Shown: positions 1 to 5,363 of the stretch, in pieces
How the letters are laid out: each line of letters starts with the position of its first letter
Position numbering within the stretch: the first letter of the stretch is position 1
DNA from: an uncultured Candidatus Saccharibacteria bacterium
Lineage (GTDB): Bacteria > Patescibacteriota > Minisyncoccia > Phycocordibacterales > JACOZG01
Direction: 5' to 3'
NCBI GenBank assembly: GCA_964362645.1
Contig: CAYIFC010000002.1
Span: forward strand, 1-35,330
DNA length: 35,330 bases
The notes under the pieces: generated by a model
What the model saw: the letters and a program-made list of their open reading frames with translations, nothing else
What the model was told of the DNA's origin: nothing
Database searches by the model: none
Translations under genes and position numbers: made by a program

Positions 1-508
1 TCGCGCCCGGGGTGATTTCCCAAATTTCCGCCAACCCTTGTTCTTCGGAAGCGCAAATAATGTGGGCGTCCGAGAGGCACATGGCCCGCACGCGCTGGAG
101 ACCCATCAATTCGCCGGATTGCTCGTAGCGATAAAGTTTAGCAAACTCAGCAATTCGCATCGGCAGATCACGGTAACTGTGGGGTTGCGAGAGATAGAGT
201 TGAAAGTGGTGAGGGCAGGTCATTGGCCGGAGCATAAACTCCTCGTCGTCGATGACAATCGGCGCGTACATTTTGTCTTTATAGTGGGGGTAGTGGCCGG
301 ACTTTTTATAGAGCTCGAGACGGGCGATATCGGGTGTTTCGACATGAAGGTAGCCGCGCTTGATCTCTTCGTTAATTATGAACTGCTCAAGCAAGCGCTT
401 AACCGTAGCGCCCTTAGGTAGAAACATCGGCAAACCCTTGCCGACCGTTGGGTCAATATAAAACAACCCCAACTCCGGCCCTAGCTTCTTATGATCCCTT
501 TCTTCCAT
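1..508 (-). CDS. thrS: Threonyl-tRNA synthetase, N-terminal part of the gene (continues past window start)
   Basis: Reverse-strand translation from ATG (508-506) gives MEERDHKKLGPELGLFYIDPTVGKGLPMFLPKGATVKRLLEQFI...MLRPMTCPHHFQLY...SYRDLPMRIAEFAKLYRYEQSGELMGLQRVRAMCLSDAHIIC, which is the class II ThrRS catalytic core. An in-frame TAA lies at 562-560 with no ATG/GTG/TTG between it and the ATG. It is absent from the ORF track because it runs off the window. Confidence 0.85.
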   Translation of the reverse strand, partial: MEERDHKKLGPELGLFYIDPTVGKGLPMFLPKGATVKRLLEQFIINEEIKRGYLHVETPDIARLELYKKSGHYPHYKDKMYAPIVIDDEEFMLRPMTCPHHFQLYLSQPHSYRDLPMRIAEFAKLYRYEQSGELMGLQRVRAMCLSDAHIICASEEQGLAEIWEITPGA

Positions 509-549
509 GATGGGTTTAATAATAGCAGAAAACCCTGAACCGCTCGGTA

Positions 550-577
550 TTGACGATTTTTAATAGGTGTGATAAGT
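550..577 (+). promoter_or_regulatory. Putative sigma70-type promoter of zinc-ribbon gene 1 (TTGACG-16 nt-ATAAGT)
   Basis: TTGACG at 550-555, a 16-nt spacer, and ATAAGT at 572-577, about 48 nt upstream of GTG 626. The position matches the promoters of the two paralogs. Confidence 0.4.
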
Positions 578-625
578 TGAAAGTTGGAAGTATGATAACT
601 TTGGTCCTTGCGAAAGGGGATAATC

Positions 626-988
626 GTGGATTCGGAAACGAAAGAAATGCTTAGACTCTGGTGGGTTGAATGTTGGAAGCCGGTTTTAAGGGAGCATCGA
701 TTGTCCATCAGCTTTTTTGGGGTCCTACATTTTTGCGGCAGCCTCTGTCTTCTATTATTTGGGCCTTGGCAAATTGGTAACGGTTTGATTATGTGGGCGT
801 CTTGCTACCTAGTTTGCACGATTATTATGCTGCCGATTTTTAGACTCGTCTTTAGAGATTACTGCAAACAAAAGACAGGGCATTCAATTTTTTGCCCAAA
901 TTGCGAGTATGATCTCTACGGTCTCACCGAACCTCGTTGCCCTGAATGTGGCACTGCATTCGAACTCCGCTCTACGTCATCAGCGTAG
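626..988 (+). CDS. Small membrane protein with C-terminal zinc ribbon (paralog 1 of 3)
   Basis: The ORF track gives 608-988. I moved the start to the in-frame GTG 626 because the paralogs start directly after the same leader (cgaaaggggataat). Two hydrophobic helices (ISFFGVLHFCGSLCLLLFGPW, LIMWASCYLVCTIIMLPIFRLVF) are followed by CPNCEYDLYGLTEPRCPECGTAF. Confidence 0.7.
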   Translation: MDSETKEMLRLWWVECWKPVLREHRLSISFFGVLHFCGSLCLLLFGPWQIGNGLIMWASCYLVCTIIMLPIFRLVFRDYCKQKTGHSIFCPNCEYDLYGLTEPRCPECGTAFELRSTSSA

Positions 989-999
989 AGCGGTTTTTT
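967..999 (+). terminator. Intrinsic terminator overlapping the end of zinc-ribbon gene 1
   Basis: Stem ccgctctacg (967-976) pairs with cgtagagcgg (984-993), followed by TTTTTT (994-999). The TAG stop (986-988) lies inside the 3' arm. Confidence 0.75.
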
Positions 1000-1007
1000 A
1001 TTTATTT

Positions 1008-1039
1008 ATATTCCAACATTCTTGAGAATGTGAGAATAT
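1008..1039. repeat. Conserved hairpin element, copy 1 (28-nt core attccaacattcttgagaatgtgagaat at 1010-1037)
   Basis: The core is identical at 2464-2491 and, reverse-complemented, at 29896-29923. It folds as two 6-bp stems (atattc/gaatat, acattc/gaatgt) around a 2x2 internal loop with a ttga loop. Confidence 0.65.
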
Positions 1040-1094
1040 TCTTTTCTCTAATTCGCTCGAATAGGCGAATAGAATTTAGTGAGGGTTGGGCGAA

Positions 1095-1127
1095 ATAAAA
1101 AAGCGTCTCGATGTCACATCGGGACGC
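1095..1127 (-). terminator. Intrinsic terminator of the 169-aa gene (minus strand)
   Basis: An 11-bp stem gcgtctcgatg/catcgggacgc (1103-1127) is followed on the minus strand by a T-run (plus-strand A-run 1095-1102). It sits 20 nt after the stop at 1147. Confidence 0.75.
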
Positions 1128-1146
1128 AGTTGGGTGTGCCAGGTTG

Positions 1147-1656
1147 TTATCCCCAAGTTGGCTTTCGGCTCCAGGGTTTCTTTTCGCCGGTGCCGATTTG
1201 CAGATAATCTTCCATTGGTACATCATTGCAGCGATCATCGCACCAGGGGATCATGCCAACCTGCTGGATCCTTGATCGGATCTCGATGACTCTTAGAAAG
1301 ACGGAGTCAAGAGTGCTAACCATCCACGGTGAGTTTAAGATTATTTGAGTCTGAAAGGGTACAAACCTCTTGCCACTACTCTCTAGGAAAGTTTTTAATT
1401 TGCCGGTTTGGTTCCAGTGGGCAACAACGAACCCGGCATAACCCTTCCTTCGATTCTGAATCACCTTAAAACGGTGTTCGCGTCCGGCGATAGCGCGCCA
1501 AACTGCAAGCCAAAACTCCCAGGGCGCGTTTGGTTCCGTGGTAACCAAACTTTTTACGTTAGCAATTACACCCTCAATATTAAGATTAAATTGGAGATGT
1601 GCGCTATGGTACAAAATTCCCTGATTGGGTGTCGTTGACGCCTTTGCCTTAGTCAT
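1147..1656 (-). CDS. Hypothetical 169-aa protein, paralog A1 (no family recognised)
   Basis: It is a paralog of 2574-3071. Shared blocks are GILYHS, IEGVI-NV, PWEFWL, AG-EHR-K-IQ, YAGF, WNQ and PWCDDRC-DVPME-YL-IG-GEK. GGAG lies 7 nt upstream, and the ATG overlaps the stop of 1649-1867 (ATGACTAA). Confidence 0.75.
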   Translation of the reverse strand: MTKAKASTTPNQGILYHSAHLQFNLNIEGVIANVKSLVTTEPNAPWEFWLAVWRAIAGREHRFKVIQNRRKGYAGFVVAHWNQTGKLKTFLESSGKRFVPFQTQIILNSPWMVSTLDSVFLRVIEIRSRIQQVGMIPWCDDRCNDVPMEDYLQIGTGEKKPWSRKPTWG

Positions 1657-1867
1657 GGCGGGTCTCCATTTGCTCAGTGGGACGGATTTCCGGATGGATG
1701 ACCAGTGGCAAAAAAGTTTGCCCGTCTGGTTTGGGTAGTGACATGATCAGGTCGATCAGGGCTTGAGGCACAGAGATCCAAAATTCTGCTGTGCCCGGGA
1801 AAGGAGCCATTGTCCTATTGCAGGATGCCTTAGCCGGCGAAACACGAACGGGTACCATCTTTTCCAT
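1649..1867 (-). CDS. Hypothetical 72-aa protein, translationally coupled to A1
   Basis: AGGAG lies 7 nt upstream of the ATG, and there is an 8-nt overlap with the downstream gene start. No domain was recognised, and no counterpart exists upstream of paralog A2. Confidence 0.5.
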   Translation of the reverse strand: MEKMVPVRVSPAKASCNRTMAPFPGTAEFWISVPQALIDLIMSLPKPDGQTFLPLVIHPEIRPTEQMETRHD

Positions 1868-1911
1868 TTCTAAACTCCTAAAAGAACAAAATTTATCAAG
1901 TATCCTTAATC

Positions 1912-1939
1912 ACCATAGCAGTTTCTGGTCTAAAATCAA
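1912..1939 (-). promoter_or_regulatory. Putative promoter of the 72-aa/169-aa operon (TTGATT-16 nt-TATGGT on minus strand)
   Basis: On the minus strand, -35 is at 1939-1934 and -10 at 1917-1912. The homologous arrangement (TTGCTT-16-TAAGGT with shared aaactgc before the -10) lies upstream of paralog A2 at 3117-3144. Confidence 0.45.
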
Positions 1940-1943
1940 GAAG

Positions 1944-1973
1944 TTGACGCCGCTTGAGCTGGGCGTGTAAACT
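1944..1973 (+). promoter_or_regulatory. Putative promoter TTGACG-18 nt-TAAACT, back-to-back with the minus-strand promoter
   Basis: TTGACG is at 1944-1949 and TAAACT at 1968-1973. The -35 boxes of the two divergent promoters are 4 nt apart, and the ATG at 1981 is 7 nt after the -10. Confidence 0.45.
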
Positions 1974-1980
1974 AGCAGTA

Positions 1981-2079
1981 ATGGTAAAGAAAACTATTGA
2001 AGAAAGAATGAAGAGAATCAGTGATCTCGAAGACAAAGTTAGTCAACTCGCTGTTAAAGTCGGCCTTCGGTTTAACTAG
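1981..2079 (+). CDS. Possible leaderless 32-aa micro-ORF (MVKKTIEERMKRISDLEDKVSQLAVKVGLRFN)
   Basis: The ATG lies 7 nt downstream of a TAAACT -10 box and there is no SD. The peptide is amphipathic and coiled-coil-like, and it is followed by an 11-bp AT-rich hairpin at 2096-2121. It is below the ORF-track size cutoff. Confidence 0.25.
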   Translation: MVKKTIEERMKRISDLEDKVSQLAVKVGLRFN

Positions 2080-2146
2080 TAATTTGTCATTTCTTCTTAT
2101 TCAATTATTCAATTGAATAAGGGAATAAGGTGGAGGGGTGGGGGAG

Positions 2147-2174
2147 TTGCTATTTTCATAAAAAGTGGTAGGGT
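2147..2174 (+). promoter_or_regulatory. Putative promoter of zinc-ribbon gene 2 (TTGCTA-16 nt-TGgTAGGGT)
   Basis: TTGCTA is at 2147-2152 and the extended -10 tgg-TAGGGT at 2169-2174. It is nearly identical to 3799-3826 (shared ttttcat-aaaagtggtagggtg). Confidence 0.5.
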
Positions 2175-2221
2175 GAAATTAGGAAGTTTTGTAACCTTGT
2201 CCTTCGCGAAAGGGGATAATT

Positions 2222-2443
2222 ATGAGTGACCAGTTTATTCGATTAGTGATGGCTCTCGGTCTTATTACTGTGGCTGTGGCGTGGTTCCATATGCTGTGGG
2301 AAGGTTTTAGGTCGGATTATATTATCGCAGAACGACGGTATAGGGGACTTTGTTTAAAGTGCGGTTATAGTCTCCACGGTCTCATTGAACCACGTTGCCC
2401 CGAATGCGGCACCGCATTTGAACCCCGCCCTGCTTCACCGTAG
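2222..2443 (+). CDS. Small membrane protein with C-terminal zinc ribbon (paralog 2 of 3)
   Basis: 73 aa. One TM helix (LVMALGLITVAVAWFHML) and a basic juxtamembrane segment are followed by CLKCGYSLHGLIEPRCPECGTAF. The SD gaaagggga precedes the ATG. Confidence 0.75.
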   Translation: MSDQFIRLVMALGLITVAVAWFHMLWEGFRSDYIIAERRYRGLCLKCGYSLHGLIEPRCPECGTAFEPRPASP

Positions 2444-2453
2444 GGCGGTTTTT
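2425..2453 (+). terminator. Intrinsic terminator overlapping the end of zinc-ribbon gene 2
   Basis: Stem ccgccct (2425-2431) pairs with agggcgg (2442-2448), followed by TTTTT. The TAG stop (2441-2443) sits at the base of the 3' arm. Confidence 0.7.
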
Positions 2454-2463
2454 CATTACAAAC

Positions 2464-2491
2464 ATTCCAACATTCTTGAGAATGTGAGAAT
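2464..2491. repeat. Conserved hairpin element, copy 2
   Basis: The same 28-nt core attccaacattcttgagaatgtgagaat as at 1010-1037, in the same position between the two convergent terminators. Confidence 0.65.
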
Positions 2492-2516
2492 AACAATTTG
2501 ATGTTTGTGTTAGGTG

Positions 2517-2549
2517 AAATAAAAAAGCGACCCGGGGTGAGTGGGTCGC
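2517..2549 (-). terminator. Intrinsic terminator of the 165-aa gene (minus strand)
   Basis: Stem gcgaccc/gggtcgc (2527-2549) is followed on the minus strand by a T-run. The flanks (gaaataaaaaagcg...cgcag-tgggtg) are conserved with 1095-1135 although the stem sequence differs. Confidence 0.7.
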
Positions 2550-2573
2550 AGGTGGGTGGTTGAATCTATGTCG

Positions 2574-3071
2574 TTACCAGTTTGTTTTCGAGCTCCATGA
2601 TCGCTTTTCGCCTTTGCCGATTGCCAAATAACTTTCCATCGGCACATCGGTGCAACGATCGTCACACCATGGGGCAAGGCCGATATTAGGGATTCCTTGT
2701 CTAAGTTCAGAAACAATAAACAAGGCGGAACTAAGAGTATTAGTCATCTTTGGACTTTGGGGGATTACTGCTTGCTTGGCAAGTGCGACAAATTGCTCAT
2801 CACTGCCCCCAAGAAAACCGTCGAGTTTTTTGTCCTGATTCCAGCAACCGATAATAAATCCGGCATAACTCCTTCCTTCTTTCTGAATGATTTTATATCG
2901 GTGTTCTGATCCCGCGATTGTATCAAAAATTGTAAGCCAAAATTCCCAAGGCTGAATACTTTTTGGAACGAGATTTATCACATTTATTATTACTCCCTCA
3001 ATTGCCTTGTTAAACCATGTTTGGTTACTATGATACAAAATTCCCCAATTCGGCGTATCTTTTTTAGCCAT
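2574..3071 (-). CDS. Hypothetical 165-aa protein, paralog A2 (no family recognised)
   Basis: It is a paralog of 1147-1656 (see that entry). AGGAGG lies 6 nt upstream of the ATG. Confidence 0.75.
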   Translation of the reverse strand: MAKKDTPNWGILYHSNQTWFNKAIEGVIINVINLVPKSIQPWEFWLTIFDTIAGSEHRYKIIQKEGRSYAGFIIGCWNQDKKLDGFLGGSDEQFVALAKQAVIPQSPKMTNTLSSALFIVSELRQGIPNIGLAPWCDDRCTDVPMESYLAIGKGEKRSWSSKTNW

Positions 3072-3116
3072 AAGACTCCTCCTCTCAAAATTAAAAAGAA
3101 CTTCATTACTACTCCC

Positions 3117-3144
3117 ACCTTAGCAGTTTTGCTCCCAAAAGCAA
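3117..3144 (-). promoter_or_regulatory. Putative promoter of paralog A2 (TTGCTT-16 nt-TAAGGT on minus strand)
   Basis: On the minus strand, -35 is at 3144-3139 and -10 at 3122-3117. It is homologous to 1912-1939, including the leader segment gttctttt...aggag. Confidence 0.45.
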
Positions 3145-3191
3145 CCACCCTTGAGATTTTATAAGTTTACGGTTATTCTTTACTAAATTTT

Positions 3192-3680
3192 ATGGATGAA
3201 AAGAAAAACTACGCCTTTATTGACGCGCAAAATCTTCATCTGGGGTCAAAAGATGCGGGTTTAGATATTAATTATCGGAAATTAAGAGTGTATTTAAAGG
3301 ATAAATATAATGTTGATCGAGCCTACCTTTTTATGGGTTATATGCCCCAATATGCTGACATTTATTCTGAACGTTAGGAGCAGGGTTATATCGTTAAATT
3401 CAAACCAGTCTTGATCGCTCATGGTGAGCAAAAGCAGAAAGGTGATATCGATGCCCACTTAGCCTTCTGCGTAATGCTTTACTATCGCGAATACGAAAAA
3501 GCAGTTTTAGTTACTAGTGATGGAGATTTCGATATAGTCGTAAAGTATTTAAATAAGAAAAATAAACTGGCGGCAGTGTTTAGTCCTAATAGAGATAAAT
3601 GTTCGTCTTTATTAAAAATTGCCGCCGGAGGCAAGATGCAATATTTGCAGGATGTAGGAGGAAAAATATTGAAAATATAG
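3192..3680 (+). pseudogene. NYN (LabA-like, PIN-fold) nuclease-domain gene interrupted by one in-frame TAG
   Basis: ORFs 3192-3377 and 3411-3680 share one frame, split only by TAG 3375-3377: NYAFIDAQNLHLG...YADIYSER*EQGYIVKFKP...KGDIDAHLA...VLVTSDGDFDIVVKYL. The conserved acidic motifs are intact on both sides. Confidence 0.7.
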
Positions 3681-3700
3681 ATAACTAGATAAAATAAAAA

Positions 3701-3738
3701 GGCACCGCCAGAGGACGAAACCTCAAGCAGTGCCTTTT
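3701..3738 (+). terminator. Probable intrinsic terminator after the NYN gene
   Basis: An imperfect long hairpin ggcac-c-gc..gagg-acgaaa-cctc..gc-a-gtgcc (3701-3734) is followed by TTTT. Confidence 0.5.
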
Positions 3739-3798
3739 CCTAGTGAACAACCATATATTATCAAACCTATTATGTATGTCAAATCAACGGGCAAAAAT

Positions 3799-3826
3799 TT
3801 GCAGTTTTCATGAAAAGTGGTAGGGT
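3799..3826 (+). promoter_or_regulatory. Putative promoter of zinc-ribbon gene 3 (TTGCAG-16 nt-TGgTAGGGT)
   Basis: TTGCAG is at 3799-3804 and TAGGGT at 3821-3826, preceded by TGg. It is homologous to 2147-2174. Confidence 0.5.
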
Positions 3827-3863
3827 GGGGGAAGGCATTACGGTTTTTCGAAAGGAGGATTAG

Positions 3864-4085
3864 GTGGATATTTTAAAGATAACGACGATAATGTTGGTAG
3901 TGTCATTGCTTGCTCTTTTTGTTGCTTGTTGGGTTTGGTTTTTCGTGAGACGCATTTGTGCAAAGGAAGATTTTCGTTGGAGAAATGGATATTGTATTAA
4001 TTGTGGTTATGATGTCCACTTTCTCACTGAGCCACGTTGTCCAGAATGTGGAACAGTTTTTAATCACCGCCCTATTTCACAGTAG
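3864..4085 (+). CDS. Small membrane protein with C-terminal zinc ribbon (paralog 3 of 3)
   Basis: 73 aa with a GTG start after the SD aaaggagga. One TM helix (IMLVVSLLALFVACWVWFFV) is followed by RR and then CINCGYDVHFLTEPRCPECGTVF. Confidence 0.75.
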   Translation: MDILKITTIMLVVSLLALFVACWVWFFVRRICAKEDFRWRNGYCINCGYDVHFLTEPRCPECGTVFNHRPISQ

Positions 4086-4097
4086 GGCGGTTTTTTT
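4067..4097 (+). terminator. Intrinsic terminator overlapping the end of zinc-ribbon gene 3 and abutting the fmt stop
   Basis: Stem ccgcccta (4067-4074) pairs with tagggcgg (4083-4090), followed by T7 (4091-4097). The TAG stop (4083-4085) is in the 3' arm, and the T-run overlaps the convergent fmt stop codon. Confidence 0.75.
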
Positions 4098-4833
4098 ATT
4101 GTCTCAACCCTCTCAAGAACGCTTGGTACTTCATTTCCTTGCGGCCTTCGGGTTTGACGCGGTCAATTGTAAAAACATTGTTATTAAGGTGAGCAGAGGT
4201 AATTAGAACGCGCAATGGTTTGCCTAAATGCTCGGCGAAATAATAAATGCCGGGGTTAGGAGTGAAAGCTAAGAATTTACGATAATTCAAATTAGCGTCA
4301 TCTTCTAATTTAATTTCCCCATCTTCTTTTTTAACTTTCTTGGTAAAAGTGGCGACGGTGTGATCTTGCTCCAGAGCTTTTATTTCGCCTTTGACCCACT
4401 TGGGCAAAATTTCAGCCAACATATCAGACCCTATTGTTGCGAGCTGATCTCGCAATTGGACGAAATTGGTATTAGGGTCGAGTGCGATTTTCTGTTGAGC
4501 TAAGATTGGCCCGTGGTCGACTTGTTCATCAATTAACATAATCGAGACCCCGGTTTCTTTGTCGCTATTTAAGATTGTGGTTTGGAGAGGTGAAGCGCCG
4601 CGGTGTTTGGGCAGGAGCGAAGGGTGGACATTGATCGTGCCGAACTTGGGCTTATCTAAAACTTCTTTTTTTAAAATCTTGCCGTAACTCGCCACAACAT
4701 ACATGTCAGCATTTTTTGGGATGTCGCTTGTCGTTGTATTTATAACCTGTTTGGGCACCAACCCGTGTTTAGCGAGCCCTTTAAGCACGCCATCAGCAAA
4801 CTCATCCAAGCCGAAGAAAACAAAATCAAGCAT
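4096..4833 (-). CDS. fmt: Methionyl-tRNA formyltransferase
   Basis: Motifs include HPSLLPKHRGASPLQTTILNSDKETGVSIMLIDEQVDHGPIL. I chose the start at ATG 4833 (MLDFVFFG), which overlaps the def stop as ATGCTTGA. The longer ORF to 4914 would overlap def by 89 nt. Confidence 0.85.
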   Translation of the reverse strand: MLDFVFFGLDEFADGVLKGLAKHGLVPKQVINTTTSDIPKNADMYVVASYGKILKKEVLDKPKFGTINVHPSLLPKHRGASPLQTTILNSDKETGVSIMLIDEQVDHGPILAQQKIALDPNTNFVQLRDQLATIGSDMLAEILPKWVKGEIKALEQDHTVATFTKKVKKEDGEIKLEDDANLNYRKFLAFTPNPGIYYFAEHLGKPLRVLITSAHLNNNVFTIDRVKPEGRKEMKYQAFLRGLRQ

Positions 4834-5356
4834 TGTGTTTGTGGTCGTGATCATCAACGACCTCATGTAAACCTTTGGCCGTATCAATAAACAAAATCCC
4901 TTTGAGGTGATCAATCTCGTGCTGGAAGATCTGGGCCATTAAGCCCGAAGCGTGGCGGACAAACTTTCTGCCAGTTTCGTCATAGGCTTCCACGCTCACG
5001 CGCTCGTGCCGTTTCGTTGTGCCGTAGATCCCGCGCACGCTCAAGCAACCTTCGACCATTTCTCTTTTAGATCGAGAATTGCGGGTGATCACTGGATTAA
5101 TAAAAACTAGTTCATTCTTTGGCGCTTTTATATCCAAATTCTCTTCCTCAAAAGCTTTCGGCGACACCACAAAAATTTGCCACGACCCGCCGATTTGCGG
5201 CGCGGCTAAAGCCACTCCATCGTGCGCACTGGCTAAAACCTTCTTCATTTTCGCCACCAACTTTACAAAAGTGGGCGCAGTAATGTCGGCCAAGGGCACT
5301 GCCTTAGCCAATTGCCGCAAAACCTCGCTTCCTTCTTGGATAATTACCTCTTTCAT
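4826..5356 (-). CDS. def: Peptide deformylase
   Basis: The motifs GVALAAPQIG, EGCLS and QHEIDHLKG are present. Confidence 0.92.
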   Translation of the reverse strand: MKEVIIQEGSEVLRQLAKAVPLADITAPTFVKLVAKMKKVLASAHDGVALAAPQIGGSWQIFVVSPKAFEEENLDIKAPKNELVFINPVITRNSRSKREMVEGCLSVRGIYGTTKRHERVSVEAYDETGRKFVRHASGLMAQIFQHEIDHLKGILFIDTAKGLHEVVDDHDHKHNA

Positions 5357-5363
5357 TGCTTAA

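Noticed and set aside
38-421. 127-aa plus-strand ORF at the window start
   Set aside because: The opposite strand encodes an unmistakable ThrRS catalytic core over the same bases, so the plus-strand ORF is an antisense shadow frame.
1002-1289. ORFs 1002-1238 (-) and 1086-1289 (+) in the convergent intergenic region
   Set aside because: They run through three terminator or hairpin structures and overlap the well-supported 169-aa gene. They have no RBS and no paralogous counterpart in the second cassette.
3375-3377. In-frame TAG in the NYN gene as a recoded sense codon or alternative genetic code
   Set aside because: TAG is the functional stop of all three zinc-ribbon genes, where it sits inside their terminators, and of mrdA. 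Nothing else in the window needs TAG read-through. A nonsense mutation or sequencing error is the simpler explanation.
509-4097. The island as a recognisable mobile element (IS, integron, prophage or ICE fragment)
   Set aside because: No integrase, transposase or recombinase ORF was seen, and I found no terminal inverted or direct repeats at the borders. Only internal duplication is evident.
3958-4206. 82-aa plus-strand ORF spanning the end of zinc-ribbon gene 3 and the 3' end of fmt
   Set aside because: It crosses a strong terminator and overlaps two better-supported genes in other frames.
4826-4833. UGA-as-sense recoding (Gracilibacteria/Absconditabacteria-type code 25)
   Set aside because: TGA cleanly terminates def and proS exactly at coupled ATGnnTGA junctions. 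All long housekeeping ORFs are intact under the standard code.
4834-4914. N-terminal 27-residue extension of fmt given by the ORF track
   Set aside because: It would overlap def by 89 nt and adds non-conserved residues. ATG 4833 gives the conserved Fmt N-terminus (MLDFVFFG) and a typical coupled overlap.
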